A stretch of 59,238 nt of DNA from IMG/VR virus record IMGVR_UViG_3300037067_011443; one strand, written 5' to 3'. Both the position numbers and the translations under genes were made by a program. Below are positions 58,064 through 59,238 of this stretch, piece by piece; the stretch's first letter is position 1; the number at the start of each line of letters is the position of its first letter. The notes under the pieces are model-generated. The model made no database searches, was not told the DNA's origin, and was given only the letters and a program-made list of their open reading frames with translations. This DNA comes from an uncultured virus (IMG/VR IMGVR_UViG_3300037067_011443) (Duplodnaviria; Heunggongvirae; Uroviricota; Caudoviricetes).

Positions 58064-59238
58064 ATGAGTAACGTAGAATTGAAGGTTAATGTTATTAACC
58101 AATTAAAATTATTAAGACAAAGTACATTTAAGGATACACTTTGTTTTTTAGATGAAGATGTACAAAATGCTCAAAGGGCAAAGGCTACAGAAGTGAGGTT
58201 CACTGTAGATAGTTATGATAATACAGTGACAATAGAAAATAATGGACAATTATTAAATAATCCTCAAGCTTTGTTTTCTATAGCAGAAAGTGAATGGGAT
58301 GAAGAAATAAAGAATACTGAGAATCCGTTTGGTATGGGTTTTTTCAGTAATATTACTGTTAGTAATTTAATACATATTTATTCAGGAAATAAGTTGATTA
58401 CATTTGATATTGAAAACATGATTAATACAAACGACACTACTATTCAAGTAGAAGAAGTAGATGATAGTTATGAAGGATTTAAAATTGTTCTTAATAATTT
58501 TGACTTTAATGTTGCTTCATCATGTGACATAGAAGAACGTGTAAAAATATTAGGTAAATATATTCATGAATTAGATATTTACTATAATGAAGTTTTACAA
58601 GAAAAGAAAGATTTATCTCAAGGGGATGATAGTTTATATCAATTATCAATCGAGGATAATGAAAACTTTAAAGGATGGATTGCTCTTAATAATAATTACG
58701 GATGGGGAGATAATCTTAATATTTTTTATAAAGGTAGATTGGTTACTAAACTAGAAAATATACCTTATCTTAAAGGAGATTTACATATAACTGATAAAGC
58801 TTTAAATTTAACTTCTCCTGATAGAAAAGACATAATAAAGGATAGTAAATTATATGCTTTTAAAGATATAGTTAAGAAATATGCAGAAAAGCTTTGTATG
58901 GAAACAATGCTAGAAGGTGAAGAAGATAGGATTAATGAATATACTAGTCCTATTAGTTATTACATAAATAAAAAAGAAATTAAAAATCTTATAAAATTTG
59001 TGACATTTAAAAGCAGTGATGCAAATGACTTAGAGTATTTGAAAGGGGTTGCTTTAGCAAAAAGTAAGAATAAAGATATTAGTAGCTTTAAAGATTATGA
59101 GTTACATTTACAAAAAGAAGCAAGTAAACAAAATGAATCTCATTTTGACGATGTTTCTTTTAAAGCGAAAATAGAAACAGAACCTAAAGAAGCAACTGGT
59201 AGAATTATACATGAAGGACATAGTTCTTATACAGAAGG
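58064..59238 (+). CDS. GHKL (HATPase_c) ATPase domain protein, truncated by window end
   Basis: ATG at 58064 after GGAGG; DEDVQNAQRA, IENNG, PFGMGFFS. Not in the ORF track. Confidence 0.8.
   Translation, partial: MSNVELKVNVINQLKLLRQSTFKDTLCFLDEDVQNAQRAKATEVRFTVDSYDNTVTIENNGQLLNNPQALFSIAESEWDEEIKNTENPFGMGFFSNITVSNLIHIYSGNKLITFDIENMINTNDTTIQVEEVDDSYEGFKIVLNNFDFNVASSCDIEERVKILGKYIHELDIYYNEVLQEKKDLSQGDDSLYQLSIEDNENFKGWIALNNNYGWGDNLNIFYKGRLVTKLENIPYLKGDLHITDKALNLTSPDRKDIIKDSKLYAFKDIVKKYAEKLCMETMLEGEEDRINEYTSPISYYINKKEIKNLIKFVTFKSSDANDLEYLKGVALAKSKNKDISSFKDYELHLQKEASKQNESHFDDVSFKAKIETEPKEATGRIIHEGHSSYTE

Larger units (their letters stand above)
1..59238 (+). mobile_element. Segment of a large temperate SPbeta-like (pro)phage or phage-plasmid, early/accessory gene arm
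   Basis: Dense single-strand array of small ORFs with many strong sigmaA promoters; AntA antirepressor; YopQ-like/MrpR-like gene pair; DUF3560 and DUF4942-type genes. No housekeeping operons, and no ends or structural genes in the window. Confidence 0.75.

Overview
Very AT-rich window in which essentially all of the ~130 mostly small genes lie on the + strand, with Firmicutes-type sigmaA promoters and AGGAGG-type RBSs. It looks like the early/accessory arm of a large temperate, SPbeta-like phage (or phage-plasmid) of a Clostridia-type host. No virion, replication or transfer genes are visible, so the element type is inferred. Recognisable genes: DUF262 (x2), DUF3560, a DUF4942-type methyltransferase, a DMP19-like fusion, an AntA antirepressor (frameshifted), UvsE, a cyclic-phosphate receiver domain, several XRE regulators, an AAA ATPase, DUF2513, ClpX, YyaC and a GHKL ATPase. 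At 39-45 kb is a putative lysis/lysogeny block: MazF/PemK toxin, TPR protein, a 29-aa Pro-rich peptide, a methyltransferase, a LexA-boxed gene, a YopQ-like DGQHR protein, an MrpR/YopR-like inactive recombinase repressor and an XRE regulator. The main non-coding signals are: (1) the Firmicutes MazF cleavage pentamer UACAU in the 5' leaders of about half of the promoters; (2) about 40 copies of a 16-bp imperfect palindrome with a variable 6-bp core at gene boundaries, delimiting mostly single-gene cassettes; (3) a second boundary motif around GC-richer genes; (4) a TTATWTTAATAA operator-like motif at promoters; (5) a ~100-bp dyad element repeated six times in the first 15 kb; (6) 45-bp tandem repeats; (7) two candidate sRNAs. 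All family calls are from motif recognition by eye and all counts are manual. Many small hypothetical ORFs are not listed individually.
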